DNA of 64,000 nt from a virus (IMGVR_UViG_3300037155_000072:1-64000); one strand, 5' to 3'. Shown: positions 1 to 9,671, numbered from the stretch's first letter. Program-made: numbers and translations. Notes: generated by a model from the letters alone, not told the origin.

Positions 1-123
1 TTTCCAAAGATAACGGGGGCGCTTGTTCACTATGGATACCCCATGAAGGCGGCCGGGCACTGGCCCAAGTGGGAAAATATAGAGGCCATTAGGCCCTTCT
101 GACGGTAACCACTGGAGTAGACC

Positions 124-615
124 ATGCCACTCTCAGGAAACAGCGGAACTCGCTCCGGCCAATTTTCAAAGTCGGCCCGGGTCATCCTCCCGATTACGAC
201 CGTCGCGTATGCCAGCGGACAAGTCATGGGCGGCCTGATTCTTTTCCCGCAAGGGGTTCGGCTGGTTGGAGAGGGTGCGAGCATCACGAAGATGTTCGTG
301 ATTGACCGGTCCAGCCAGAAAGCTCGTTTTCACGTTTTATTCTTTGACGCACTCCCGACTCTCGCCACGCTCACGGACCACTCGCCTTTTTCGTTTTCTG
401 GTGACGACGTGAAATGCGCCGCGCGCGTTTCTGTCTACGCGGCGGATTGGGTTACGACTAGCCTAGACGGACTGTCCGCATCTTCTGATTGTGATGCGTA
501 TATCAGGAATAATGAGAATTCCTTATTCCTCTACGCGGTGGTGATTGCGGCGGCTCCGGCGCACTACGCCTCGGCGTCCGATTTGACTTTTGTCTTCTCT
601 TTTGCCCAAGACTAA
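124..615 (+). CDS. Virion decoration-like protein, paralog 1 of a four-gene family
   Basis: Shares AY-x-G-x-V-GG, DRSxQKA, T(T/L)TDH, LYAV and C-terminal F-x-F-x-QD motifs with the genes at 620, 1283 and 4137; lies in the capsid region. Confidence 0.55.
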   Translation: MPLSGNSGTRSGQFSKSARVILPITTVAYASGQVMGGLILFPQGVRLVGEGASITKMFVIDRSSQKARFHVLFFDALPTLATLTDHSPFSFSGDDVKCAARVSVYAADWVTTSLDGLSASSDCDAYIRNNENSLFLYAVVIAAAPAHYASASDLTFVFSFAQD

Positions 616-619
616 CCCT

Positions 620-1237
620 ATGTTGAACGATACAAACTATCAGGTTGGCGACACGGACAACAATCTGTTGAGAAAAATACTTCAGACACTCCAGGGTTCG
701 GGCGATAATGGACTGGTGCTTCAGGAGCTACAGGCGATTCATTCGTCCCTACTCTTCCCCGGACCGAACGGGAGCATCCCACAAAGCTTCGGCGCGCGCA
801 CGTTGGTTTCTGTTTCGAATCCGACAATCAGCACGTTGGCATACTCCTCGGGAATGGTTGTCGGAGGCACTCAGGTCGTTCCCCTTCTCATCCCCACTGG
901 GTTAGGTGTTTTGGACTCCCTTTCCCTTATTGATAGGTCGGCCCAGAAGGCCCCAAATGACCTATTGATTTTCTCTTCTAGGCCCACGACCGCGACGACC
1001 GGCGACCGGCAAACTTTTGCGTTCGGGGAAGATGCCAATAAGCTTCTGCTCGTTTTGTCCAGCGTATCCAGCGACTGGATTTCTGTCGCTGGCCAAGCGG
1101 TAGTGACTCACTTGGCTATGGGTGCGGCGATTCAGTCGAACGATGGAAATTTATATATAGTGATGATTAACTACGGAACCCCCACCTACTCAGGGACTCA
1201 CGATTTGCAGTTTACTTGGGGCGCGATGCAGGGTTGA
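620..1237 (+). CDS. Virion decoration-like protein, paralog 2
   Basis: Likely start ATG 620 (MLNDTNYQVGDTDNNLLRKIL); same C-terminal domain as the other paralogs. Confidence 0.55.
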   Translation: MLNDTNYQVGDTDNNLLRKILQTLQGSGDNGLVLQELQAIHSSLLFPGPNGSIPQSFGARTLVSVSNPTISTLAYSSGMVVGGTQVVPLLIPTGLGVLDSLSLIDRSAQKAPNDLLIFSSRPTTATTGDRQTFAFGEDANKLLLVLSSVSSDWISVAGQAVVTHLAMGAAIQSNDGNLYIVMINYGTPTYSGTHDLQFTWGAMQG

Positions 1238-1263
1238 CGGTGGAGAATTGGGGGGCGACTCTT
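1234..1263 (+). promoter_or_regulatory. Phage-type promoter TTGACG-N15-GCGACTCTT
   Basis: Same bipartite motif and spacing as at 2543 and 53595. Confidence 0.6.
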
Positions 1264-1282
1264 GGGTAACTAAAGGAAATTT

Positions 1283-2029
1283 ATGGCACTAGACGTAACT
1301 TACACTCAGGGCGAATCGGAACTTTCGATTCTCAGCAAGCTTTTACTCGGGTTCGACCAAGGCGGCTTCGGCGCGCTCGGCACCCAGGCCCTCATGGTTG
1401 ACGGCAGCGCCGTGATTCAACCGATTTCTGGCAGTGTTGGAATCCTCGGCACCGTTCCAATCTCCGGTAGCGTCAGCGTCATTGGGGAGACTTTCGTGGC
1501 TGGCGCGCTGAAGGTGGACGGTAGTGCCGTCACACAGCCCGTCTCGATTGCAGGGACCGTCACAGTGACTGGGGTTGAGAACATTCATCCAGTCATTCAG
1601 ACGAATCCTACCATCAGCACCTCGGCCTATTCGATTGGATTTTCCATCGGCGGTATCCAGATTTTGGCGAATGCTGTCGGCGTCAAGGGCACTGGGATTT
1701 TGGACTCCCTCTCCATTTTCGACAACTCCAACCAGGGTAAGAAAATGGATGTCTACATTTTCAACGCCAGTCCCGCGGTTGCCGCGACGACTGACCACGC
1801 CGCATTTCTGTTCAACACTGACGGGTTCAAGTGCATCGGTCGCATCCCGATTGCCCTGGCGGACTGGGGCTCTTTGGACGCTACCAAAACCATGTGCCTG
1901 AAAACCGGCCTGGGCATCACCGTGAAGGCGGCCGCCGGGACTTCTCTTTTCGCCGTGGCAGTTTTGGGAGCCACCGCAACGTATGCGGCCCTGGCGCTGC
2001 AATTCACTTACGGATTCGAGCAAGATTAA
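1283..2029 (+). CDS. Virion decoration-like protein, paralog 3
   Basis: NPTISTSAY...GTGILDSL...ATTDH...LQFTYGFEQD matches the paralogs; internal VDGSAVxQP repeats. Confidence 0.55.
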   Translation: MALDVTYTQGESELSILSKLLLGFDQGGFGALGTQALMVDGSAVIQPISGSVGILGTVPISGSVSVIGETFVAGALKVDGSAVTQPVSIAGTVTVTGVENIHPVIQTNPTISTSAYSIGFSIGGIQILANAVGVKGTGILDSLSIFDNSNQGKKMDVYIFNASPAVAATTDHAAFLFNTDGFKCIGRIPIALADWGSLDATKTMCLKTGLGITVKAAAGTSLFAVAVLGATATYAALALQFTYGFEQD

Positions 2030-2493
2030 GCCGGGCGAGACCGGAGATACTCCGCCGCTTTCTGACAGTTCTCGGGGGAGTCTTGGAAAAGCCCAACCCC
2101 CCGGTTGCAATTACAGCATAGAAGCCCCCGAATCACGAGGGGCTGGCTTCCGTGAATGGGGTCAACCGCCAATCGCATTCCCGACACGCACGGTTTACGG
2201 CAAATCGCGCACACTCCACCCTGTTTGACGAGGAGAGCTTCATATCCTTCGGGGGTCAATCCATATTTGCAATTCAGTTCGGACTTCCGAACAGTGGCCC
2301 GCTGTTTCCCAGGATTCTCCTGGGTCCGGGACCTTTGCGCAGCGTTAAGCTCCGCGTGGTGGGCCGCCCGGTAGTTTGCCCAATACACCTTGCCGCACGT
2401 TTTGCAATAACTCCTGTGGCCGTCCAATTCCGCACGGTCTAGGTTGAACGCCGTAATGTCTTTTTCCACCCTACATCTTGAACACGCTTTCAT
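2026..2493 (-). CDS. Endonuclease VII-like (HNH) protein, possibly catalytically altered
   Basis: CSRC..CKTC zinc finger, KYGLT..Y..L..Q.GVCAIC, RGLLC..CN; DPIH in place of the usual DHxH; ATG 2493 follows TTGTGA-N16-TACGGT. Confidence 0.8.
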   Translation of the reverse strand: MKACSRCRVEKDITAFNLDRAELDGHRSYCKTCGKVYWANYRAAHHAELNAAQRSRTQENPGKQRATVRKSELNCKYGLTPEGYEALLVKQGGVCAICRKPCVSGMRLAVDPIHGSQPLVIRGLLCCNCNRGVGLFQDSPENCQKAAEYLRSRPA

Positions 2494-2542
2494 ATCAGTC
2501 ACCGTAACACATACAGGCGGTTTCACAACTGTTTTATTTGGG

Positions 2543-2572
2543 TTGACGCGTCTTCGAACCACCGCGACTCCT
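2543..2572 (+). promoter_or_regulatory. Phage-type promoter TTGACG-N15-GCGACTCCT for the capsid gene
   Basis: Motif repeated upstream of several structural genes. Confidence 0.6.
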
Positions 2573-2574
2573 CT

Positions 2575-2720
2575 CTGACATCTCAAGCAATTCTCCGCCT
2601 GATGTCAGGAGAAACGGCCTAACTATTTTGGTGGATGGCCCCCACTGAAACCTGCGGTTGCGCAGAATTTCGCAACGACCCGAGAACTGGGTTAATAAGT
2701 TCAAGTTAGTTGTTTCTCTT
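2575..2720 (+). promoter_or_regulatory. Structured 5' leader of the capsid gene
   Basis: CTGACATC/GATGTCAG stem; GAGAAAC/GTTTCTC and CTAACT/AGTTAG long-range pairings; three internal hairpins. Confidence 0.5.
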
Positions 2721-2728
2721 TTAATATT

Positions 2729-4045
2729 ATGGCATTTTTCTGTGATAGTCCCGGCGCAATCTCCGATATTGCTTCTAAAGATACCAATAGAATAGTTGGG
2801 GTAATAGCCAAGGCACTCGCTGCCAACGCCCCTTATATGAACGTCATCGGCGGCGGAGTTTTTCCGTCCGGAACCAGTGACTCGATCCGGTCGATCGTGC
2901 AGATGCAAGCTGCTCCAGGAGACCATCTTGCGATTCCTACGTTCGTCTGCGATACCGATATTTGCGGGCAGACCGGCGCGCAGGATTTGACGGATACCGT
3001 CGAGTTTACCCTCCGCCTGGAAAGCTTCCGCGGTAAGGGTCCCAACATCTGCGTTAAGAAAGGCTACGCCGCTTTCAAAGGCAGCTACGTCATGGCTGAA
3101 GACAGCTTGAAGAAGCTCATCGTTCAGTATGTGAACGCCGACATCCGCGCCCAGTTGTATCTGCGCTCGGCCTCGAAGTTCACCGCGAACGCCAATTATG
3201 ATTTCAACTCGCTGTTTACCGGCGGGCTGGAGACTGACCTCGGCGTCAAGTTCGCTCCACTTTTGCCCACGGGTCCCATGACCTTCAAGGCTCTGCACTA
3301 CATCGCCCGCTACATGCGCGAGGTGTTGTTTGCCGAATGGTATAGCCAGGACGGTGCGATGCCGCACTTCCGGTTCATCGGCGGCGCTGACCAAATCGAG
3401 TATTTTCGTTCCGAGGTTGGCGTGCAGAACGTCATGGCCGCGCTGACTACTGGCGGCTACAAGCTCGGCGAGACCTCGCTGACCGCTTACAGCTTCGAAC
3501 AGAGCCCCGCCTATCGCGGCCTCGCGTTCGGTGTTGACCAACGGCCTTTACGTTCCACCGGCTTTGCGGCTGACGGCACGCTCATCCTGATTGACCCCGT
3601 CACCATCGTCAGCAATCCGTCGCGCGGCGTCGCCTTCGCGAAGCCCAATCCTACGTGGCTCGGTGCCCCGTATGAAGTCGGTGTGCTCATCGCAGACGGC
3701 ACGTTCGAACGCCTCGTTCCCGAGAAGTATGTCGGGGAAGGCTCGTTCAAGTTCGCGCCCCAGTTGCACATGGGCGAGCTCGAATGGCACTACATCATCG
3801 ACAACCAATGTAACCAGTGGGGTGATTTTGGTTGGCACAAATACCAGATTACTCGCGCCTACCGGCCTTTGCGTCCGCAGCACATCGTGCCCATCCTGTA
3901 TAGCCGATGCCCAGCCGACCTCGGCTTGGTCGCGTGTGTGAATACCAACTCGTCCAGCTTCTCTGGCGCGTTCAGCTACACCAATATTGGGGTGTGCGGT
4001 GATAACGAGGCTCCAGTCATTGGACCCGGTTACCCGACCCTCTGA
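2729..4045 (+). CDS. Probable major capsid protein
   Basis: 438 aa, strong C-ending codon bias suggesting high expression, own promoter and leader, downstream hairpin, position ahead of the tail genes; no direct motif proof. Confidence 0.7.
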   Translation: MAFFCDSPGAISDIASKDTNRIVGVIAKALAANAPYMNVIGGGVFPSGTSDSIRSIVQMQAAPGDHLAIPTFVCDTDICGQTGAQDLTDTVEFTLRLESFRGKGPNICVKKGYAAFKGSYVMAEDSLKKLIVQYVNADIRAQLYLRSASKFTANANYDFNSLFTGGLETDLGVKFAPLLPTGPMTFKALHYIARYMREVLFAEWYSQDGAMPHFRFIGGADQIEYFRSEVGVQNVMAALTTGGYKLGETSLTAYSFEQSPAYRGLAFGVDQRPLRSTGFAADGTLILIDPVTIVSNPSRGVAFAKPNPTWLGAPYEVGVLIADGTFERLVPEKYVGEGSFKFAPQLHMGELEWHYIIDNQCNQWGDFGWHKYQITRAYRPLRPQHIVPILYSRCPADLGLVACVNTNSSSFSGAFSYTNIGVCGDNEAPVIGPGYPTL

Positions 4046-4075
4046 GTCTTTCCCCGTAGGGTGAGGGAATAACGC

Positions 4076-4106
4076 GGGGCGGCAGTCTTGCTCGGGCTGC
4101 CGCCCC
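4076..4106 (+). terminator. GC-rich hairpin after the capsid gene (terminator or mRNA stabiliser)
   Basis: GGGGCGGCAGTC / GGCTGCCGCCCC 12-bp stem; the T-tract is ~18 nt downstream rather than adjacent. Confidence 0.55.
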
Positions 4107-4136
4107 AACACAATAGAGCACCAATTTTTTTTTCTT

Positions 4137-4850
4137 ATGGCCGCCGACGAGACAGTCTACAAAATCGGAGATAACGACAACAACATCCTCCGGAAACTTC
4201 TTGAGGGGTTTGCCACTGGTAAGTTCAGTATCGGCGGAGGTGGGGGCGGAGGCGGAGGCAGTTCTAGCGTCACGGTGACGGGTGGGACCATCTCTACCAT
4301 CACGAACCCCGTCACAGTAGCCGGGGCAGTCACTTCGATTGTCTCCCAGGCGACGGCCGCGAATCTTAACGCGACGGTGACGGGAAACGTGGGCGGATTC
4401 ACTTTTTCACTCCAGGTCAACCCAGCTATCTCTACCTCAGCATACGTGGCGGGGAATGTAGTCGGCGGAATTCAGATTCTTACCGGCGCGATGCGGACAG
4501 TCGGCGGCACGGGAATTCTGGAGTCTCTAGTCATCCTCGACCGCACTCCCGCGAGCGCACCGATGGACATTTTCATTTTCAGTTCGAACCCGGCCGCAGC
4601 GACGACTACCGACCACACAACTTTTGTGTGGTCTACGGATGCCCTCAAAGTGATTGCCAGGATTTCTATTCTGACTACCGACTACGTGACCGTAGCGGCC
4701 GAAGCCGTCGCAGTGAAATCAGGTCTCGGCATCGCGGTGAAATCAGTCGGCACCGCGAATCTATACGCGGTGGCGATTACCTCGGCGACTCCGACCTATG
4801 GCGCGCCTCCTAACTCGCTTCAGTTCACTTGGGGAATTCTTCAGGACTAA
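4137..4850 (+). CDS. Virion decoration-like protein, paralog 4
   Basis: N-terminal YKIGDNDNNILRKLL, poly-Gly linker, same C-terminal domain ending LQFTWGILQD. Confidence 0.55.
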   Translation: MAADETVYKIGDNDNNILRKLLEGFATGKFSIGGGGGGGGGSSSVTVTGGTISTITNPVTVAGAVTSIVSQATAANLNATVTGNVGGFTFSLQVNPAISTSAYVAGNVVGGIQILTGAMRTVGGTGILESLVILDRTPASAPMDIFIFSSNPAAATTTDHTTFVWSTDALKVIARISILTTDYVTVAAEAVAVKSGLGIAVKSVGTANLYAVAITSATPTYGAPPNSLQFTWGILQD

Positions 4851-6433
4851 TGCCTAACCCAGTCATAGTTCGACGGCTGGGAAGCGGCGGACAAGCGGCC
4901 TCTTTGGCTGCGTCCCTGGGAGCCTACTGGACGCTGGACGCCAACGTCGCCGGTCAAGTGTTGGATGCCACGACCAATGGGCTCAACCTGAATATCAACG
5001 GCGGATTCACGGGGACCTTTCCCGTCGCCTTGATTAACCGCGGCTTCGAGGCCGGTAGTTTTTTCGACGGGATTACTTTAACCGAAGGAACGAAGCTCGT
5101 AGCCGGTGCGGGGAAGTCATTTACGTTTCAGGTTTGGTCATTTTACAACGACAGCACAAACGGGCAACCTCTTGGTGGCCGGGCCAGCACTGGCGGCGGC
5201 GCGTATGATTTTCTACTAAGCACCAACGACGGAGCTATTAATGCCCGTCTTTTTCGATTCGATACTTCTAATGCGGTGGGCCTTACTACTGGGGTTACTT
5301 TTACCGGTGTTACAATCACGAACGGCGTATGGTATCACGTTGTTTGCGGGTATGACTTCAGTTTGCAACAGATTTGGATTCAAGTCAATGGGGGAACCCG
5401 GCTGACCCTCGGTCCCGTGACCGACGTAGCGAATCTACTCCCTACATTTTCACTGGGAAACTTCGCAGACTTATCGAATGCTTCGAGCACTACTTTGGAT
5501 GAATGTGCCTTTTGGAACCGTTCCCTTGGTTCGGCAGAAGTCATTGCCCTCTACAACGGCGGCGCTGGACAACCATTTAGTAAACTCAACGCTCTTTTCA
5601 GCAACACTAATGGTTCCCCCAGTAGAACGAGAGGGCAAGTTTGGTCTACGGTAGTGGTCTCCAAAGGAGGCGCGGCCCCTAGTGTGGGCACAGTTTCTGC
5701 CCTGGATACGTTTTATTCTGGCCTTATCTCAAATAGTTTAACATCGTCAGTGGTAGCCTTCAACGCAGTCGTTCCGGACAACCTAGTTGCGGCTCTTACC
5801 CCCTTCATTCAAGGCCCGGGGCTCGCTCTTTGGACGAACAACAATTTTGTTTTGGGGGATTTGACGGTTAACGGATTGGCGGGCGACGGAGTGACAAAAT
5901 ATTTGGACACGGGAATTCGCCCCGCCGCACCCCTCACCTCAACTTCAGCGGGCCTTGTTTGCTACGTCTTCGATAACTCTTCTATTGCCTCTAGCTGGCT
6001 TTTTGGGGTGCACGACTCCGCTCCAGCTAACAACTCAATCGCGTTCCTCCCTTCTCAGGCCGGACCCATTACGACGGCCGAGTTGTGGAGTTTTGCAGGC
6101 GCAACTAATTTTGCCAGTGCGGCTAAACCAGCCTCGGGCGGTTACTTTTCGATGCAGCGCACGAGTGCCAGCATATTAAATCTTTACTTTGCCAACTCTG
6201 GCAATGTGCATTCATCCCTGGCCGCAACTGGTTCGGCACAAACGGGGGCAATATCTTCGGGAGGGCAATCCATATATGCTTTTGCTCTGAATAATGTCGG
6301 GAGTGCGTTTGGTTTCTCTACTTGTCGGGTATCGAGTTTTGCCGTCACTACTGGTCTATCCAGTGCCCAGGATAATATCTTATCCGGTCTGGTGCAGCAA
6401 CTCCGGACATCTCTCGGTGGAGGATTTATCTAA
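4850..6433 (+). CDS. LamG/concanavalin-like lectin-domain virion fibre or spike protein
   Basis: AYWTLD...FTFQVW...WYHVVCGYD...LDECAFWNRSL..AEV.ALYN LamG signature; start overlaps the previous stop (TAATG). Confidence 0.7.
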   Translation: MPNPVIVRRLGSGGQAASLAASLGAYWTLDANVAGQVLDATTNGLNLNINGGFTGTFPVALINRGFEAGSFFDGITLTEGTKLVAGAGKSFTFQVWSFYNDSTNGQPLGGRASTGGGAYDFLLSTNDGAINARLFRFDTSNAVGLTTGVTFTGVTITNGVWYHVVCGYDFSLQQIWIQVNGGTRLTLGPVTDVANLLPTFSLGNFADLSNASSTTLDECAFWNRSLGSAEVIALYNGGAGQPFSKLNALFSNTNGSPSRTRGQVWSTVVVSKGGAAPSVGTVSALDTFYSGLISNSLTSSVVAFNAVVPDNLVAALTPFIQGPGLALWTNNNFVLGDLTVNGLAGDGVTKYLDTGIRPAAPLTSTSAGLVCYVFDNSSIASSWLFGVHDSAPANNSIAFLPSQAGPITTAELWSFAGATNFASAAKPASGGYFSMQRTSASILNLYFANSGNVHSSLAATGSAQTGAISSGGQSIYAFALNNVGSAFGFSTCRVSSFAVTTGLSSAQDNILSGLVQQLRTSLGGGFI

Positions 6434-6681
6434 TGAAACAACTCATCGAAGGCGAGTTTCCTCTCGGCACTCTGACAGTGGCAAACATTTCGTTGGTGGC
6501 GGTCAGTTCGTTCTTGCACCGGATTAAGCCCGAGCTCGATGCGGCCTTGACTGTTGTTCAAATTGTGGTTGGTATTATAACCGTAATCCACGTCGTCAAG
6601 AAGTGGGTTCAAACTCGAAGAGCAAAAAATGAAAAAACTCCGCTCCCTCCTAGCTCTACTGTTCCTGGTGCTCCTATGTAA
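6433..6681 (+). CDS. Putative holin
   Basis: 82 aa, two hydrophobic segments and a basic C-terminal tail; overlaps the lipoprotein gene. Confidence 0.5.
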   Translation: MKQLIEGEFPLGTLTVANISLVAVSSFLHRIKPELDAALTVVQIVVGIITVIHVVKKWVQTRRAKNEKTPLPPSSTVPGAPM

Positions 6682-7285
6682 CGGCTGCGCGCTTATTCCT
6701 AAGCCCGTCGAGCTGTTCCAGAAAAAAGTCCATGCCTTCCCCGAAGCTTCTGCCAAGCTGGTAGAGGTGCAGAAGGAAACCGCGCAGCGGGCGAAGGAAG
6801 CCGCCCGCACTACTTTCGAAACCGCCCTTCAACAGGACGTGAGTCCGGAGCTCCGGGCCGACGCTCGGGATACCGTCGTTTTGACGGACGCCGTCGCTAC
6901 TTCTATCGGCCCACCGGCCAAGCCTTCAGGTGTCTCGGCCGACCTCCTTGCCAAGGAACTTCGCGCGGAGATTGCCCGGCTAAATCAGAAAATAGACGCT
7001 TTTCAGGAGCAGAACGAAAAGGTTGCTGGCAAAAAAATCGAGGGCACTGGATGGCTCCAAATTCCCTACTTCGTTTACTTAGCCGTTGTCATTTTTGTCC
7101 TGATTATCGGATGGCACCTGTTGCACACTGTGGTAACGGGCCTGCAAGTGGCCGGTGTGGCCAACCCGGCCCTGGGGGTGGCGGGTTCAGTCGGCTCGGC
7201 CGCGATGTCAGAGATTGAGACGATGATGAAAAAAGTCATGGCGGGCGCGCAGAAAGTCGCCAGTGAGGTAACTACTAAGATATGA
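6629..7285 (+). CDS. Lipoprotein with C-terminal TM segment; unimolecular spanin candidate
   Basis: MKKLRSLLALLFLVLLCNG-C lipoprotein-like signal, helical/coiled-coil middle, TM segment IPYFVYLAVVIFVLIIGW. Confidence 0.5.
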   Translation: MKKLRSLLALLFLVLLCNGCALIPKPVELFQKKVHAFPEASAKLVEVQKETAQRAKEAARTTFETALQQDVSPELRADARDTVVLTDAVATSIGPPAKPSGVSADLLAKELRAEIARLNQKIDAFQEQNEKVAGKKIEGTGWLQIPYFVYLAVVIFVLIIGWHLLHTVVTGLQVAGVANPALGVAGSVGSAAMSEIETMMKKVMAGAQKVASEVTTKI

Positions 7286-8439
7286 GTTGCGGATGCCCCG
7301 ATAATAAACCCAACGGCGAACACCACGAGCACGAACGCGAGGAGTGCGAAAATCCTTGCCGAGTGGGCCGGAGCAACACGCCCACGTGCGAATCGCTTCC
7401 TAGCCAAATATCGAATTTTTCCGCGCAATTCTTCGGACCCCTCGTTAAGGCCGTTGACGGCCTCGGAAACGTGGTTTGGCAGCTCCCGTGCGGGCTCGGG
7501 GTAGGCATCCCGGCGACTCCTCGGGCGGCCGGTGAGGGTTTAGCTTGCTATTTCCTCCGGCTGTTCCAGGACGGTATCACCGCCGCGCAAGGCCCCAAGG
7601 GAGACCCTGGGACTCCAGGCACCAACGGGTTCAACGCCTACGGGGTGACAATCCAGCCCTTTGCGCAGCCAACCCTGGCCAACCCCGTCATTCAGGTGGC
7701 GCTCGGGTTCAATCCGTCGATTCTGCCAGGGCAGTTCGTTTTCATTGACACGTCCGGGTGGTATCAGGTCATTAGCACCGACCCTTCGGGGATTGACGTT
7801 CTGACGCTCGTGGCAGCCCTTCCTGGCGCGCCAGTGAACCATCCCGGAGAGATTGTCCCGCCGGGCATCGTGGCGGCTGGCAGGCTAGTGGTGCCGTCCG
7901 GGGCACCTGGGCCGAAGGGAAACACCGGCCCGCAAGGAATTCAGGGGCTGACGGGCGGGATAGGTGCTCCAGGCGCTACCGGTGCGGTAGGGCCGCAGGG
8001 ATTAACCGGGAATTCCCCAACTCTTTCGTCCGCGCAGTATATTGACGGTTCTGGAGCGACCTACGCGCTAACCACCTCGTTTGCGTGGGTTGATTCGGGA
8101 GGCAACGGCCCGCAGATTACCCTGGCAGTCGCGGGGACTTATCTAATCCTGATGCTGGTATCCTTCCAGTCCGTGGGCGGAGCAGCTTCATGGCTGGCGC
8201 AGTATGAACTTTTCGACGCGAATACCCTGGCGGTTCTTTCCGGCCCGTGGCCGACGAGCGGCGGAGGAACGGTCTCAGGAGTGCCCTTGATTACCCGCTC
8301 TCCCCTCGAAGTTTTCATAACCACGGCTGGCCCGGGGCACGTGATTAAACTCTACGCAAAGGAGACAACTCTCGTCCCGGTCAGCGATGTAACCGTTGCT
8401 TTTGCTCAGGTCCAATTCGTGGCCCTAAAGATTTCTTAA
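7282..8439 (+). CDS. Collagen-like virion fibre protein A
   Basis: Two Gly-X-Y tracts; Cys-containing N-terminal domain shared with the next gene. Confidence 0.65.
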   Translation: MSCGCPDNKPNGEHHEHEREECENPCRVGRSNTPTCESLPSQISNFSAQFFGPLVKAVDGLGNVVWQLPCGLGVGIPATPRAAGEGLACYFLRLFQDGITAAQGPKGDPGTPGTNGFNAYGVTIQPFAQPTLANPVIQVALGFNPSILPGQFVFIDTSGWYQVISTDPSGIDVLTLVAALPGAPVNHPGEIVPPGIVAAGRLVVPSGAPGPKGNTGPQGIQGLTGGIGAPGATGAVGPQGLTGNSPTLSSAQYIDGSGATYALTTSFAWVDSGGNGPQITLAVAGTYLILMLVSFQSVGGAASWLAQYELFDANTLAVLSGPWPTSGGGTVSGVPLITRSPLEVFITTAGPGHVIKLYAKETTLVPVSDVTVAFAQVQFVALKIS

Positions 8440-9527
8440 TGCACCGGCACCACCATAATCCGTGCAGCGAAAAGCCGCCCGTGAATACGGCGGCCTGCGA
8501 AGTCCTGTCTAGTCAAGTCGAGAATTTTACCCTGAATTTTTTCGGAGAGATTTTCAAGACGGAGGTAAATGGTGCAGTTCAGTGGTCCCTCCCATGTCGT
8601 CTCGATGTCGGGCTTACCGGGAACCCCCGAGGCTCTACTGAGCCGCTCGGGTGCTATTTTCTACGGTTGTTTCGGGACGGAATAGTCGGAGCGAAAGGCG
8701 CGAAGGGCGACCCGGGCCTGATTGGGTGTAACGGTAGCACGCCCTATGTGCAGGTGTTGATTGCGTTCACTCAGCCCGCGTTCGATGTGGTGTTTCCAAT
8801 CCTTGTGACCCGCAACCCCTCTATCCTTCCGGGCATGGACGTGTTTATCGACGGCTCCGGCTGGTATGAGATTATCACCTCGGACGGCTTAGGCCACATT
8901 ACGGTGGCGCTTCGAGTCGCGGTTGTCAATCCTCAAGGTCTGATTACAGTTGGGACCGTGCTTCTTCCTTCGGGGAAAGTCGGGATTCCGGGCGACCAGG
9001 GCGTCCAAGGCATCGTGGGGAATAACGGCCCGAAGGGGTTAACTGGCGCGACCGGTGCGCAAGGACCTCTGGGTAATCCAGGGGATTTAAGTCACGCAAA
9101 CCTGCCGCTCACCGTTGCCGTCCTGCCGCCGCTCAACGTCACCCCATTTCCTCCGTCTTTCGACGCGCAAACGCACGGCTGGGAAGGTGGCTTTACTCCC
9201 TCGGGGTTCGTCAATATCATTCTTTTCCCTGGGGCACTCCCCGCTTCGGTAAGTCTCCCGACCGCCGGAACCTATCTGATTATGGCGCGTGTCGTGGCCG
9301 CCGATGTCACTGCCACGGGAGCGTTCAGTATTATTGATTTTCGGTTGAAGAATATTTCGACGAATTCTGTCGTGCCGCAATCGACTATCCGAATATTGCG
9401 CTCTGGGAGAATTACGACTTTCGTTTCAACCTTGGCGGCGAACAACACGGTTCAGCTTCAGGCGCAGTCCCTGGTTGGTTCGGGCACCGTGTCCGTGAAC
9501 TACCTTTGGGCGTTCAAAATTGCATGA
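8439..9527 (+). CDS. Collagen-like virion fibre protein B (paralog of A)
   Basis: CE.L.SQ..NF...FFG...W.LPC.L.VG...CYFLRLF.DGI and NPSILPG..VFID.SGWY shared with 7282. Confidence 0.65.
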   Translation: MHRHHHNPCSEKPPVNTAACEVLSSQVENFTLNFFGEIFKTEVNGAVQWSLPCRLDVGLTGNPRGSTEPLGCYFLRLFRDGIVGAKGAKGDPGLIGCNGSTPYVQVLIAFTQPAFDVVFPILVTRNPSILPGMDVFIDGSGWYEIITSDGLGHITVALRVAVVNPQGLITVGTVLLPSGKVGIPGDQGVQGIVGNNGPKGLTGATGAQGPLGNPGDLSHANLPLTVAVLPPLNVTPFPPSFDAQTHGWEGGFTPSGFVNIILFPGALPASVSLPTAGTYLIMARVVAADVTATGAFSIIDFRLKNISTNSVVPQSTIRILRSGRITTFVSTLAANNTVQLQAQSLVGSGTVSVNYLWAFKIA

Positions 9528-9640
9528 AAAAGTCTTGCGCCATACCCATAATCCGGGACCGCGAGAAGGCTTTGACTGGCCGGTGCAAGAAAGAAAGGGG
9601 CGGCGATATGACCGTGAAACCCCCTGCCTACGTTTTGATT

Positions 9641-9671
9641 GTGACGAATCCCGCCCCTTCCGTAACTACTT
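9641..9671 (+). promoter_or_regulatory. Phage-type promoter GTGACG-N15-GTAACTACTT
   Basis: Matches the repeated motif; lies in the intergenic gap before ATG 9685. Confidence 0.6.

Noticed and set aside
2534-3541. Long antisense ORFs in the track (e.g. 2534-3541, 22667-23551, 27537-28373, 37907-38611)
   Set aside because: They are shadows of GC-rich, codon-biased genes on the opposite strand and show no motifs or initiation signals.
4020-4140. Programmed frameshift or read-through extending the capsid protein into the next gene
   Set aside because: No slippery heptamer before the TGA, and an in-frame TAA follows after only a few codons.
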